The position numbers were made by a program, and so were the translations under genes. The notes under the pieces are model-generated. The model did not search any database, was not told the origin of the DNA, and saw only the letters and a list, made by a program, of their open reading frames with translations. From Sphyrna mokarran (taxonomy: Eukaryota), in the NCBI GenBank assembly GCA_024679065.1, contig JAGIQG010000043.1:2418001-2482000 (forward strand): a stretch of 64,000 nt of DNA, given 5' to 3'. Positions 37,543 through 53,182 of this stretch are shown piece by piece (the first letter of the stretch is position 1; every line of letters begins with the position of its first letter).

Positions 37543-40500
37543 CTGGAGAGAAAAGAGAGGGACACAGAGAACTCACCGTGTGTTTCCGGGATTTATAGTG
37601 TCGTGGAAACATTCTTATTTTTGCAGGGAGAATTCCGAAGTGCGGTCGGTACGAATTCGTGCTGACTGTGAGCTTAATATTATGATGGCGACCAAAGCGG
37701 AAATGAACTTTCTCTTAATGTCCACCATTATAAGATGGAATATCGCCTGCGATGCAATTTCACCTCTCAATGCTTCTAATTTCTGATAGCGGGTTTTAAA
37801 ATTCTATTCTGCATTTACTACTGTAATTGTGGAAGAAATAGTTAAAAATGTATCAATATCAGTGTTAACTAAATATAGAAGAAGGTTTTCAATACGAAAT
37901 GTTACCTGTGTGATTCCGGTTTCTATAAAGATTTGGAACAAATATGTTTCCGGCGGCTCTTCAGCTAATTTACAGAAACGCTTTTAGGGTGTGTTTGTTT
38001 GCGTTGGAAATGGTATTAATGGCAGAACAGGAATATGAGCAACTGGTTTGGGATTTTGGCTGCATGCATATGCAATCTGCAAGATTAAATGTGGCCCAAC
38101 CCTTAATAGGATGTAGCCAAGTTTGGGCGTTCAATTGGACATTGGTAGTTAATCCTGCAAGAACATTATTTGAAATCCATATTTCCATCTGATAACACGG
38201 CTAAGTGGGTTCACTCTTTCAACAAAATGGCTCCCTTGTTGCTTAGCAATACATGACAACAATTTCAATTGCTCCACGTTTTGTGGGGAAGACAAAACTA
38301 GTTAACCTTTTGGAGGAGGGCGCGATCATCCGGCAGGATTCCCAGGTTGGACCCCCTATACCCAATACAAAATAATATTATTTGTCCCTTTAATCAATGC
38401 CCGATTTCATAATCATCCCAAAATTTATGTTGCGTAGACCTTAGAAGATAGTACAGCACAGTACAGGCCCTTTGATGTTGAGCCGAGCTATACCCAAACC
38501 GAAGATCAAGCTGTCCCACTCCCTAACATTCTGGTTGCATTTGTTTTAGCTAACTTACTGACAGAATCAGTCCTTGAGTTATACAATTTAATACTAGCAG
38601 GCTTATTAGCCATTCATTTTGAATATATCATTACTACATTAGTTAAATGTCCATTAAAATGTTAGCTGCTCGATATCCTTATGCTGGGTATTTTACGATT
38701 AAATATTCCCTCCCTCAGACACCGCTTCCATGGTGTTTCACATCTCTTCCATATTTCCACCCAAGTTTCTCTGTTCTCAGGAGAACAATGTCAACTCAAT
38801 ATCGACTTCCCCAAACGTTCTACTTTGACTGGCATTGCTCTCCTCTAATATGTTCAGGAATTTTCCGAAGATGCTCATATCATTCCAAAAGTTTGGTGTT
38901 TGGAACTGAAGGGAACGTGGAAAATATAGGCAAGTAATGTTTCATATGTGCTTATCCAAACTTGAACGGTTTAAGTCTAAATTAATAAACCGAGGGATTC
39001 CACGTGACATTTGGCAGGCATTAAGTGTAAGTGTTCAGATGTGAGTCAATGTATGAGAGAGTGTGTTTGAGAAAGTGTGAGTAATTGTATGTGTGTGTCA
39101 GTGTATCAGCTTTATGTAACGGTGAGTGTGTGTAAGTGTATGAATTTGTCTGTGTGTGTATGCGCAAGTGGATATCTGTTTTCGTCTGAGTGTCAATAAG
39201 TTTGTGTATGAGTGTGTATAAATGTATGAGTGTGTGTGTGTGTGTATGCGTCAGAATGTGAGCGTGTTTGTGTATGTTTAAGTCCATGGGTGTGTATGTA
39301 TGTGTATATGTATGTTTAACAGTATGAGAGTGTGTGTGTTTATGTGTGTGTGTGCGCGCGCATGTGTGTGTGAACATGTGAGTATCAGTGCATTTGTGTG
39401 CATGAGTATGAACAAAGAACAAAGATTATTACAGTACAGAAACAAGACCTTTGGCCCACCAAGTCTGTGCCAACACTGATGACTCTCAAATCTAATATTT
39501 TCTTGTCAGTANNNNNNNNNNNNNNNNNNNNNNNNNNNNNNNNNNNNNNNNNNNNNNNNNNNNNNNNNNNNNNNNNNNNNNNNNNNNNNNNNNNNNNNNN
39601 NNNNNNNNNNNNNNNNNNNNNNNNNNNNNNNNNNNNNNNNNNNNNNNNNNNNNNNNNNNNNNNNNNNNNNNNNNNNNNNNNNNNNNNNNNNNNNTTGTGT
39701 CAGTGTATGAATTTGTATGTATCTGTTTGTGTGCGACATTAGGAGACACCGTTATTAAAAACAACAAGAAATTTGCTTGACCCTTCAAACCCGCAAGAAA
39801 GTTTTTTTTTTCAGTAATGCCCCATACAGTGTAAATCCTTCCCTCACCGCTAGGGGAGCCAGAAAACTAGTTTTCATTTTTCGAAGTAATGAACTGTGTG
39901 AGGAATTGGGAACAGTTCCCCTTCAACATGGGACGGCAGGGACTGATAGATATAAGAAGAACTGCAATGATTAGTGATGTCTAACAGGCAAATAGACCCG
40001 TTTTCTGACTAGATATTTTGATTTGAAAAATAATTTTATTTAATTCAATTTTATTTATTTTCTAATTAATATGCCCAATGAATAAACTGATACGAATCTA
40101 TTTTCTATATTTATATATTTTCCTAATACGAAATGTTTCATAGGTTTAGGGCAGGGTTGCAGAACCGGACTCTTTACTGAGAGGTGGGTGTTGCTGTATT
40201 GGAAACACTGCTAATTCGAGAGAGGAGAATCACAAATAGATTCAATAAGAATGGAACCACTGCTGGCAGAGACTGAAATCTTACTTTCAATGTGATGTGA
40301 AACGCGTGTGATACACTCAACACACAACAAAATAATCTTAAACAAAGTTGTTTCCGGTAATATCGCGTCCAATGAAATTCTGACAGTCCCAGCAGAGATT
40401 GTGGATGTGCAAACGCCTGTATGTCTTTTTCTGACATCATCTAGATGTGGGTANNNNNNNNNNNNNNNNNNNNNNNNNNNNNNNNNNNNNNNNNNNNNNN

Positions 40501-41032
40501 NNNNNNNNNNNNNNNNNNNNNNNNNNNNNNNNNNNNNNNNNNNNNNNNNNNNNNNNNNNNNNNNNNNNNNNNNNNNNNNNNNNNNNNNNNNNNNNNNNNN
40601 NNNNNNGAAAGATTCTGGCTGCGTATGTGCGAGAGAAATTCTGGCTCTGTTTGCGTCTGTGCACGTGAGAGAGGCAGAGAGATTCTGGCTGTGTGCAGGA
40701 TTGTGTGTTGGTTTGATTTATTATTGTCACATGTATTAGTATGAAAATGAAAGGTATTGTGCCCTGCACACTATACATTGTAGATAGAGAAGGAAAGGAG
40801 AGTGTGAGATTACAATATTGCAATCAGAGCTAGGGTGTAGGGAAAGATCAACTTAATGCAAGGAAGCTCCAGTCGCAGAGGGAGGGGACGTGGACCAGGC
40901 CATTGAGATTTGGAGATGTGCTCCATCGGAATGATGGTGTTGACGGCTAACATGTAGTCAATGAAAAGGAGCCTGGCATAGGTGCCTTTGTTACATCGGT
41001 GTTCCAGGATTGAGTGCAGGGCTAGAGAGATA

Positions 41033-42516
41033 ACATAGAACATAGAACATAGAACATTACAGTGCAGTACAGGCCCTTCGGCCCTCGAAGTTGCGCCGGC
41101 CAGTCAACCCTCTAACCTAAACTATTCCAATATCATCCATATGCCTATCCATGGACCATTTGAATGCCCCCAAAGTAGGCGAGTCCACAACTGCTGCTGG
41201 CAGGGCATTCCACGCCCTCACCACGCTCTGTGTAAAGAACCTGCCTCTGACATCCGTCCTATAAATACCACTTCTTAATTTAAAGTTATGTCCCCTCGTG
41301 TTGGTCATCACCATCCGAGGAAAAAAGGCTCTCACTATCCACCCTATCCAGTCCTCTGATCATCTTATACGCCTCAATTAGGTCACCGAGTAACCTTCTT
41401 TTCTCTAATGAAACTAACCTCAGGTCCCTCAGCCTTTTCTCATAAGGCCTTCCCACCATACCAGGCAACATCCTGGTAAACCTCCTCTGCACCCTTTCCA
41501 ATGCTTCCACATCTTTCTTATAATGCGGCGACCAGAACTGTACGCAATACTCCAAGTGCGGCCGCACCAGAGTTTTGTACAGTTGTAACATAACCTCACG
41601 GCTCCTAAATTCAATCCCTCTACCAATAAAAGCTAACACACCGTACGCCTTCTTAACAACTTTATCAACCTGGGTGCCAACTTTCAAAGAGCTATGTACT
41701 TGTACCCCAAGATCCCTCTGCTCGACAACACTATTAAGGGTCTTTCCATTAGCCCTATATTTCATATGCCTGTTATTCCTACCAAAGTGAATCACCTCAC
41801 ACTTATCCGTATTGAATTCCATTTGCCACCTCACGGCCCAGCTCTGCAACCTATTTATGTCCCTCTGCAAACTGTAACATCCATCCTCGCTGTCTACAAC
41901 TCCCCCCACTTTGGTATCGTCAGCAAATTTACTAATCCAACCCTCTACACCCTCATCTAGGTCATTTATAAAAATGACAAACAGCAGTGGCCCTAAAACA
42001 GATCCTTGAGGTACACCACTTGTAACTGCACTCCAGGTTGAATATTTCCCATCAACCACCACCCTCTGTCTTCTATCAGCTAGCCAATTCCTAATCCAAA
42101 CTGCTAAATCACCTTCAATCCTATGCATCTGCACTTTCTGCAGTAGCCTACCATGGGGAACCTTATCAAACGCTTTCCTAAAATCCATATACACTACATC
42201 AACTGCCTTAACCTTATCTACCCCTTTGGTCACCTCCTCAAAAAACTCAATAAGGTTTGTGAGGCACGACCTACCCTTCACAAAACCGTGCTGACTATCC
42301 CTAATCAATTTATTTCTCTTTAGGTGCTTATAAATCCTATCCCTTATAATTCTTTCCAAGATTTTGCCCACAACAGTAGTCAGGCTCACCGGTCTATAAT
42401 TTCCAGGATGGTCCCTACCCCCTTTTTGAACAAAGGGACAACATTTGCCATCCTCCAGTCTTCCGGCATTATACCTGTAGCCAACGACGACATGAAGATC
42501 AAAGCCAAAGGCTCCC
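41033..42516 (-). mobile_element. Mirror copy of the CR1 at 13029-14512
   Basis: ORF 41286-42389(-). Confidence 0.95.
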
Positions 42517-45500
42517 TCTGCTGCGGAGCGATTGCAGTGATAGGCAAAAGGTCATCGATCCTGGCAGTCTGGGAGGTATGGTGGTAAGGCCTTATGAGGA
42601 AAGGCTGAGGGACCTGAGGTTAGTTTCATTAGAGAGAAGAAGGTTACTCGGTGACCTAATTGAGGCGTATAAGATGATCAAAGGACTGGATAGGGTGGAT
42701 AGTGAGAGCCTTTTTTCCTCGGATGGTGATGACCAACACGAGGGGACATAACTTTAAATTAAGAAATGGTATTTATAGGACGGATATCAGAGGCAGGTTC
42801 TTTACACAGAGCGTGGTGAGGGCGTGGAATGCCCTGCCTGCAGCAGTTGTGGACTCGCCTACTTTGGGGGCATTCAAATGGTCCGTGGATAGGCATATGG
42901 ATGATATTGGAATAGTTTAGGTTAGAGGGTTGACTGGCCGGCGCAACTTCGAGGGCCGAAGGGCCTGTACTGCACTGTAATGTTCTATGTTCTATGTTCT
43001 ATGTTATCTCTCTAGCCCTGCACTCAATCCTGGAACACCAATGTAACAAAGGCACCTATGCCAGGCTCCTTTCCATTGACTACATATTAGCCGTCAACAC
43101 CATCATTCCGATGGAGCATGTCATGACTAGCCTTTCAAAGATCTTCAGAGTGATGGATGTCAGAGCCGCCTAACGATAGCTATTAAGGCAAGCTTTGGTA
43201 ATGGGTTGGTGATTGTCTTCTAGAAGCAGATAGGGACATATGGCTGTTGGAAAGAGAGACTGAAGATGTCTGCGAATATTCCCGCCAGCTGATCTGCACA
43301 GGATCTAAGTGCTTATCCTGGTACCCCATCCCAGTCCATCGCTTTCCGTAGGTTAAACTTCGAGAAGCCTGATCTGGCATCTACAATGGCGACATCTGTA
43401 ATGATAGGGCTTTGTGGCCGTGACCCCACACGTCTGCATCCGAGCAGACTGAGAAAATTAATAATTCTACAATTGAGCAAATGGCTGCGGTTATGATGTC
43501 AGCTATAAATAGCCAACAGAATGAATTTTCAAAAGGTGATGGGAAAATAAGCCAATAGTACAGATTCCGGGAGCCGAGGAGAGTTGTAAAGCCACTTCTA
43601 ATAAACTAGCTGAAAGTAATTTAGTGCTGGAATCTGAAATAAAAGCAGGAAATTCTGGAAAATCTCATCAGGTCTGACAGCATCAGTAGAGGGAGAATAG
43701 GCTAACGGGTCTGGATAATCCTTTGTCAGAGCTGGGGCTGTATTTGGTGTCCAGAACTTCCATCAACAGGTTCAAAATGTTTTATTTAATTAGATACAAA
43801 ACATAAACACCGATTAGGCCTCTACAAGTGGATAAGGCAATTGCACTCTCCTTCTCTATCCACCACCAGTCCCACCTCCCTTTGCCACCAAAATCTCTGT
43901 CCTGATATAGCTCTGCTTTATTGTCAGCCTTCAAATATCTTCAGGAACATCCGGTCTGGAATCCGGATAGCTAATGTTTATTCATTGCAAGTTCTCTGGT
44001 TGCCACAAGCCGGGCTCACTTACCAACAATAGAAGGGGAAATGAAGACGCTAAATATTTTGGAGACATTTCCAGCGACAAAAGTATAAATTAACGCCTCT
44101 AATGACTCTTTCTTATCTAAAATTAGTCACGTGATCCTACACGGCGGATTCCACCATCTTAAAGAAATGAAACCATACCTCATTAAGGAAGTTTACTTCG
44201 TGCTGAGGACGGGTCACTCCTCGGGTGTCCGAATATTTACCGGCCCCAGCACGGCCTCCAAATCAACGCAACTACATAAGGGTGTTCCTGCGATTATTTG
44301 GAATAACGCGCTGGTTTGGAGCTCTGTCCGGTCTACCTTCCTGATGTAGTTATTACAGTTGGTGAACCAATGTGATCGGTGCCAGGAAAATCAAATACGC
44401 CCTCCCTTAGCTTTCCTACACATCTGGGAGTGCCCTGGAAGGGCCATGAAGGCCAGTGGACTTTATGATCTCCTTGAGTTTAATCACGGTGGACTCCTAC
44501 TAAAAGGGGTTGTAGGTGCACCGAGTGGGCTACACTACCTCCCAGGCGGTGACCTAGATATGTCAATGTGCAGGTGTATATGGAATACCAGGATGAGATG
44601 TTTCCCACAACGGCGAGGAGTTTACTAGCGCTGATTCCTAGCATTGCATGCTCTCCAAAGATTACCAACACATTTTAGCTGATGGAACGTACAGTTCAAG
44701 ACTTCAATGATTGTATGACAAAGCAATTGATGGCATACTTAGGAGACGGGACTAGCACGTTTTTCGCTTGATAACGGGAAAACAACAGACACAACAACAA
44801 GTGTTGTTTCAGCGGATCTGTTAGTGGGAAGGCAGTTTCACACAAGATTGAGCCTGCACTACCTGCAACCCCCCACGACTTCTCCGGACTTAGAAACCAT
44901 AAAAACCATAGAAAATTTACAGCTCAGAAACAGGTCTTTTGGCCATTGTCTGTGCTGAATCATTTTTTGTCCAGTTCCACTGACCTGCCCTTGGACCATA
45001 TTCCTCCAGGTCCCTCTCATCCATGAACACGTCCAAGTTTTTCTTAAATGTTAAAAGTGATCCCGCATTTACTACCAGACTTCCAAAATCTCACCATCTG
45101 TCCTGGCAAGAGACAATACACATCTCTTTAACCTGTGTGTAACCCTCTCCCCACTCACATTGTTTGTACTTTTAAGACTTAATTACCTGTAAAGACTCGC
45201 ATTCCAACCATTGTTTTGTAAATTGAGTCTATATCTTTATAAGCCCTGTTTGTGATCAGAACTCCCGTTTACCTAATGAAGGAGCAGCGCTCCGAAAGCT
45301 CGTAGCTTGTGCTACTAAATAAACTTGTTTGACTTCAACCTGGTGTTGTGAGACTTCTTACTGAGCCTATAATATAGCAGATCCCTCTTCTTGGCAATTG
45401 TCCCTTACTGCAAATACGCTGTCCTCGTCTCACTCCCTTAAAAGCTTTGTCCTTCTAATTTAACATCTCGTCACCAACATCCCTTTCCTCACTAATGTCC

Positions 45501-48500
45501 TCCAATATGCTATAAGATTATATTTCTACGCTCAACTTTACCAGAATTCCATTTCTGCCTCACTCCAATTAGTTGCCTTCATAGCCACGGTCCACTTCAA
45601 AGCAACACATATCATTTGTGTTAGTGACTGCGATAAACTCTCCGTCCACATCATTCTCCACATGTAGCCAGCAACCGGGTTGACAATACCGCCCTTCTCC
45701 AATACCTGTCCAACTTGATGGAAGTGACCTTGGCTGGATTCCATTCTGAGCTATTGAATCATAACCCGGAATCAAAAGCAACCATTCCTCTGTCTGTACT
45801 TTTAACTCTTGAGTTCAGTTCAATCGAAAATTGTTCCCACTTCTAATTGTCACCTACAGGCTAAACATCGATAAACTATGATCCATTCAAAACTCCTCCA
45901 CAACTGAGAACTTCGGGTCCACCAGGCAACAAGACATGGGCAATGTGAAGGATTGGTCAGGTGGGTAAAGCAGCCCCATTTGATTGCTACACATACAATA
46001 AATTTTCACTCCCTCTTCAACCAATGCAGAGTGACAGCCGTGAGTGCCTTGGGCAAGATGCACTGTAGCAATTTTCCCCATTGAAAACAATTTTCATCCC
46101 TCTGTTACACTTGTCCTTCAATTAACAAGAAGGACAAGGAGAGCAGGCGCGAGGGAGCACCAACATTTGGAGATTTCCCTCCAAGTCTCACACCATTCTT
46201 GTTTGGAAGTAGATCATCCTCCCTTCACTTCGCTGGGACAAAATTTTGTACACCTCTCTAACAGCGCAGTGACTGTACATAAACCACGGGGAAATCAGCG
46301 GCTCAAGAATGCAGCTCATCACAACCATCTCGTGAAGCAATTAGGGCAGACGATACGCATTCACCTAGCCAGTCGAGATCGCATTCCCTTGCAAGATAAA
46401 ATAGCACAAGACTCCCACGCCAACCATCTCTTTAGTGAAAGCAGGAAAAAATGTTTATAATGAATTGGTGTTTGAGTTAAAATAATCCAGCTGGCTGTTT
46501 CATGATGAGTATAAGGTGAGCAGCTGTCGATTGATGATTGAGTTTCCAATTCTAACTCCCCTGTATTGTACAGCTGTCTCCATTGTGAGGTCTTACAAGG
46601 AAAGGTTGAGGGAGTTGGGGCTTTCCTCTTTGGAGCGGAGGACGATGAGAGGCTACTTAATAGAGGTTTATAAGATGATGAGGGGGATTGATAGAGTGGA
46701 TGTGCACTGACTATTTCCTCGGATGGATGTAGCTGTTACTAGGGGGGTATAACTATAACGTGGGAGATAACGAGAGATGTTTGGGATAGATTCTTTACTC
46801 AGAGAATGGTTTTGGTGTGGAAAACACTACCTGCTGTAATAGTGGAGTCGGACACTTTAGGAACTTTCAAGCGGTTATTGAATAGGCATATGGAGCGCGC
46901 CAGAATGATAGGGAGTGGGATAGCTTGATCTTGGGATTGGACATAGCTCGGCACAACATCGAGGGCCGAAGCGCCTACACTGTGCTGTAATGTTGTATGT
47001 TCTATGTGAGCTCTATAACAGTCAAACTATACACTGCAGCCTGAAGACGCTCCCAAGCAAGAGCAGTCATTGGAGGATAACATTTAAAACTTCAATAAGT
47101 GAAGGAGGAATTTTAAATGTGGGACATGACTCGGGGAATAGGCCTTCATTTTCTTTAGGATTTAAGGGGTTTTGGATATGGGCATATATTTCTCAGCAGG
47201 CATCCATCTTAAAGAACACATTTACATAGAGTCATAAAGGTAAATAGCACAGGAAATGTCCTTCAGCCCATCGTGTCTGTGCCAGGCAGAGACAAACCAC
47301 CTAACTATTCTATTACCATTTACAACACTTTACCCATTTTATTGTATACCTTGTACATTGAAAGTGGACATGTCAATACTTCTCAAACGTTGTAAGGTAC
47401 TCTTCCTTCAGGCATTGATTTCTAGACTCTCAACCAACCTTTGTTTCAGAAGGCAGTCACAACATTTGGTTAAAGAGATCAGTGTTGTCATGAAAAACGA
47501 CATAGAAATCAGTCTGCAGCTAAACGAATAGAATAGAATGTTAAGGAAGTATTGATGCAACTAGACAAGGCATTGTTGAGGCCGCGCCTGGAGTATTGTG
47601 ACCAGTTACCCTACCTTTATTGGAGGAATGCTGTCGTGGCATTGGACGCAGTTCAGAGGGAGTTCACTAGGTTTATTCCAGTGATGAGGTGAATGAAGAG
47701 ACATTGAACCGTTTAGGCATCCACTCTCTGGAACTGAGAAGAATGAGGGGAAATCAAATTCAGGGATATGACATGAGGGAAGTATGAATAAAGTAGAGAT
47801 GGAGCAGGTGCATCCTCTTTTAGGGCGTTCTGAAGTGTTCAATTACTTCAAATAATTCCCATTTCCTGTTCTTTGCCAGTAACGGTATGTGGGACTCAAT
47901 TAACTTTTGACAGAGAATCAAACGGCAGGGATGATGCTGAATCAGACTCTGGAATAGCCCCCTTTGATAATCTGATGGACTGAAGCAGGATGGTCTTGGC
48001 AGGAACCGTTTCTAAACAGGAATGCAGTGCCAAGAAAGAGATCTCCGCATTTCAAAGAAAACAAGGTTGGAACCGCCATGGAATAGATGATGCTGTCAAT
48101 CACATTGGCTGCCGTGAGCCTCATCAAATGGAAGCTCTTCCCGTATTTTTGTGTGTTGCAAAAATAAAATTTATTGGTAAAATATCTGGAAGAACATCAC
48201 ATCATTTCAAAATGGACGTCACGGAATGTACAAAAATATTGAAATTCTTTAAGTACTTCATGTTGGTCTTGGGTGCACGTGCACCCAGTCAAAAACAAAC
48301 CTTACAGGCTATTTCAAATGGTCATTACACATGGGGTAATGGGATTTAAGTTGTCTACATAGATCAGGTTATGTTCTGAGTTGTTCCTAGGGGACTGCGA
48401 TTCATTTAATATTCAGTGCATGCATTCAATGCGAGTCATAGAGACTGGAGTTGGGGGATATGAGGTTCGTTTCTCCCCTCGTTGCACTCTCGCTGTAGGG

Positions 48501-48770
48501 TCTAAGACATCGACCTTTCCCAATTGCACCACTGCAGTGGCTGTCTCAGGTTTTAGGGCCTTCCTCAGCACATAGTCCTGGGTTGTGCCAGTCTCCAACA
48601 AGCAGTCGGGGACAACTCTTTGTTCTGGATGAAGGAGGCGTTGGCCTAGTGACATAGTCGCTGGACTATTAATCCAGAAACTTAGCTAATGCTCTCGGGA
48701 GCTTGGTGCGAATCCCGACCCAGCCACTGACAGAACTTGAATTAGATAGAAAAAATCTGAAATTAAGAAT

Positions 48771-50404
48771 CAGGGATACGCAGCATGGCTTCGTTAAGGG
48801 GTGGTCGTGCCTTATGAATCTAGTGGAATTTTTTGAAGAGGTGACAAAAACAGTTGATGAAGGACAAGCCGTTGATGTCGTCTACATGGATTTCAGTAAG
48901 GCGTTTGACGAGGTTCCCCACGGTAGGCTGATAAAAATGGTGAAGGCGCATGGGATACAGGGCCAGGTATGTAGATGGGTTGAGAACTGGCTTGGGAGGA
49001 GGAGACAGCGGGTATTAGTGGAAGGCTCTTTTTCCAACTGGAGGTCAGTCACTAGTGGTGTGCCACAGGGCTCAGTACTAGGACCTCTTCTATTTGTGAT
49101 TTATATAAATGACTTGGAAGACGGGGTAGGTGGTGTGATCAGCAAATTTGCTGATGACACTAAGATACTTGGATTGGCGGGGACTGAGGAGCAGTGCCAG
49201 GCAATACAACAGACATTGATAGGCTGGTAGATTGGGCAGATAGATGGCAAATGGAATTTAATCCGGATAAATGCGAGGTGATGCATTTTGGCCGGAATAA
49301 TGTAGAGGGGAGTTATAGGATAAAAGGTAAAACTATCCGGAGTATAGAGACGCAGAGAGACCTGGGGGTGCAGGTTCACAAGTCTCTGAAGGTGTCAGTA
49401 CAGGTGGAAAAGGTGATAAAGAAAGCGTATGGTATGTTAGCCTTCATAGGAAGGGGTATAGAATACAAGAGTAGGAGTCTGATGTTGCAGGTGTATAGAA
49501 CGTTGGTTAGGCCTCATCTGGAGTACTGCGTCCAGTTCTGGTCGCCGTACTACAGGAAGGATGTGGAGTCCCTGGAGAGAGTGCAGAGGAGATTTACCAG
49601 GATGCTGCCTGGTATGGAAGGGCTGTCTTATGAGGAAAGGTTGAACGTACTGGGGTTGTTTTCCCTTGAAAGACGTCGGCTGAGAGGGGATCTATTAGAG
49701 GTATATAAGATTATGAGGGGTATAGATAGAGTAAATGGTGGTAAGCTTTTTCCACCATTAGATTCGGATAGAACGAGGGGTCACGGCCTTAGGGTGAGGG
49801 GGCTATGTATAAGACTAATATTAGAGGGCATTTTTTCACACAAAGGGTAGTGGGGGTGTGGAATGCACTACTGAGTAAGGTGGTGGGAGCAGGCACGCTA
49901 GGGTTGTTTAAGGGTCTCTTGGACAGCCACATGAGCGGTCTGCAGATAGAGGGATATATGAGGACTGTTTAAATACTTTAATTGTTTCCACAGGCTATTC
50001 GGTCCACCTTGTTGACCAACAAGGTGCATGCATTTGGCAGGTCGTGCGAGGGCTGCTCCTGGAGGTTACTTCAGGAGTGGCCTAGTGCTTCACGTCGTTA
50101 GTGTATGCTTAAACTGGACCATCAGATGGGCAACATGACAGCTCAGAGACTATCGCTGTTTCTGTGCAGACACATGGATTTGGGCCTGTGTCTGCGGGAG
50201 TTTGTGCGTTCTCCCCGTGGTTGCCTGGGTTTTCTCCGGGTGCTCTGGTTTCCTCCCACATCCCAAAAATGTGCTCTTAGGCTGATTGGGTAACAAATTG
50301 TCCCTATATTAGTCTCTATATGTCATTAAGACATTAGGATGGCAGCGCGGGCTCATTGGGCCGAAGGGCCTGTTTCCCGTGCTGTGTTGTTCTTTGTTCT
50401 TTGT
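48771..50404 (+). mobile_element. Mirror copy of the CR1 at 5141-6774
   Basis: ORFs 48703-49230 and 49194-49850. Confidence 0.9.
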
Positions 50405-53182
50405 ACTGATGACTATGAAAATATTGTCGATTGCAGGAAATCCCCACGTGGTTCAAAGCTGTTGTTCAGAAAGGAAATCTGCCGTCCGTACATTGACATT
50501 GTGACCTACATGTGACTCCAGCGCCACAGCAATTTTGTTGACTTCCAACTAGCCACAGGTAAGTAGGGACGGGCAATAAATTCTGGCCAGCAAGAAACCC
50601 CCACGTCGCAAAAATGAATTAAAAGGAAATAAACCAACTCATTCCGGGCAGACAAAAGAACATTTTTCACTAAATTGATTATCCTGTAGCAATTGTTGAT
50701 GTTTTGCCTTGGTGTCTATCCCTGGGAACAGGCCCAAGAGCGCAGAACCCCAAGTCACAGGAATGCAGGGGATGAACCAAGGCAAAAAAAAAATAATCTC
50801 TCTCCAGAATATACTTTGAAAAGAAATGGACATTCGACTTTTCCCCAGCACAGTCATATGGGGGGCAACATGTTGTTCCAGGAACTCAGTGGGCATGTTG
50901 GAAGGATCTGACGGGGTGGGAGAGTGGGGTTGGGGTGTTGCTTTTTTCACCACTAGGCAATCTCGCTTGAAAATTCTGCCGATGAGGCGTTTTGCAAAAT
51001 GGCCCTGAATGCCTACTCTGGAAAACATCTTTCCTCCCACGTTGGCACATTGGTTAGCATGCTAATTTGTCTATCAATGTCAGCAAAAGGAAGAAGGTAG
51101 TCACCAACTTCAGAAAGCATAGTAGATGATGTGCCCCTGTTTACATCAAAGATGATGAAGCAGAGATGGTCAGGAGATGCAAATTTCTAGGTGTTCTCAT
51201 CACCAGCAACATATCCTGAACCTTCCATGCTCCATGCAATAATTGAGAAAGCCAAGCATGAAGCTATGGAAATTCGTTATGTCACTGTGGAACTCACCAA
51301 AGTTTACAGAAGACACATGGAAAGCATCCATTCTCTGTGTATCACAGCTTCGTAAGTATTCTGCTCCAAGACTACAAGAAATGATCACGTGTCGTGAACA
51401 TCGCTCAGTCCGTCACGCAAACCAGCCTCCTATCCAGTGACTCTGTCTATACTTCCCGCTGCCTCAGAAAAGCAACTAGCATAATCAAGACCCAACACAC
51501 CTTGGAGATACTTTCCTTCACCATCTTCTATCCGGAATATGACACAAAATTTGCAAACATGTACCAACCGAATCAAAGACAGCTTCTTCCCTGCTGCTAT
51601 CAGACTTTAGAATGGTCTGATCACATATTCAGCTGAATTTTGTCCACACAAAATCGGTAACTGCAGCATTATGTTGTGCACCCTCTCTTTTCCTTATCTC
51701 TAATTCACTTGTCGATATGGGCCGCAAGAAACAATACATTTCACTGTATCCCAATACATGTGACAACGAAAAATCACATCATTCCATCCGTCCTTTACTT
51801 GTCCCTTTCTACAAGAAGGTGGGTGTACGAGATCAGGTGCTAGAAATTCCACAACACCTTTAATACTTATAAATAATGAAGTTATGTATTTATTAAAAAT
51901 GAAACAAAAATTTCACAGAGATTACATTACACTATTAACATTAATTTTACAGAACATTTTCCAGCAAAGATTCTTACCTGGTTAGATTCATAAATAAACA
52001 CTCCTTTAGGGTGTTGTCCCAATAGCAATATAATCTATAAAATAAATCCAGTAATATTACAACAAGCTATCCAAAGTTTATGTAGGGAAGTAAGATCCCA
52101 GGGATTCACAAATTCACTCGTCTGTGGAAAGTTCCAAACACATTGAAATCAATCATGTCTTTCTTAAAATATTATTATCGATATTACTAATAGAAACCCT
52201 TTATCTTCACATTGTTTAGTTGTTTGTTGAGATTCTTCAATATTCAGATTGACCGTTTAGTTCCTGTCCGTGACTGCAGAGGATCCGTTTGGAAATCTGA
52301 GCCAATCCACTTAACTTCTAGCCTCCTTCTTGTCTTCATATCTGCCTTTGTTTAATGAAGAAAAATGTCGTTAGTTTATGGTTGTTAACCCCCGCTGATG
52401 TATATATGTAGATGTCAAATCAGCCTCATATGAGTTCATTTGTTGTGCATAGAACATGAAACAGATAGGTGGATCATAGGCAAATTGGGATAAATATTGA
52501 TCATGAAATATTTCAAATGCAAAAGCATGCAATTAACTGTTAAATCAAAATCTCATATAAGAGAAGTAGACCAGTTGAATTGTAAAACTGGGACACAATG
52601 CACCAGCGGTCATATCCTTCGACATATTCAGACAAATCCGTTTGGGAAATACAATAAAATTGGGAAAATGTAGAATTCAACTTCAGTTAATAACGGCAAT
52701 AATTGGAATAATCAATCAAAAACACGTCGTGGTTTTAGAGACCCTGAAAAGGTGAACAATCGTTATAAAGAAAGATTGCATATTTTGCTCTCATTTTGAA
52801 AATTAAATATTTCAATCTGCGCTCACTCTGACTTTGTTCACTTAAAATTGCGGACCTCTGAGATAGCTGTTATGTGATCCCATTGTATAAAAACATTACA
52901 GTAAGAAAAGATCAGGAAGAATGTCCAACATTGATGGAGACGCCAAAAACAAGAGCAGAAATAAAAAATGCGAAGTCAACGCTGTTGACTCTTCAAAGTA
53001 GACCTTAATAATACCTGAGGGGCCTCTTCCAAGTTTAGGCGAAATGCTCTCTCTAACCATACCCCCCCGAACCCGCTCCATTTCCTGCACCTCCCCCCCC
53101 CCGACACACAAAATACCCGCCGACCCCTAACTCGAGTAGGAAAACAAAAGTCTGTAAGTCGTCATATCAGGAAATCACATCC

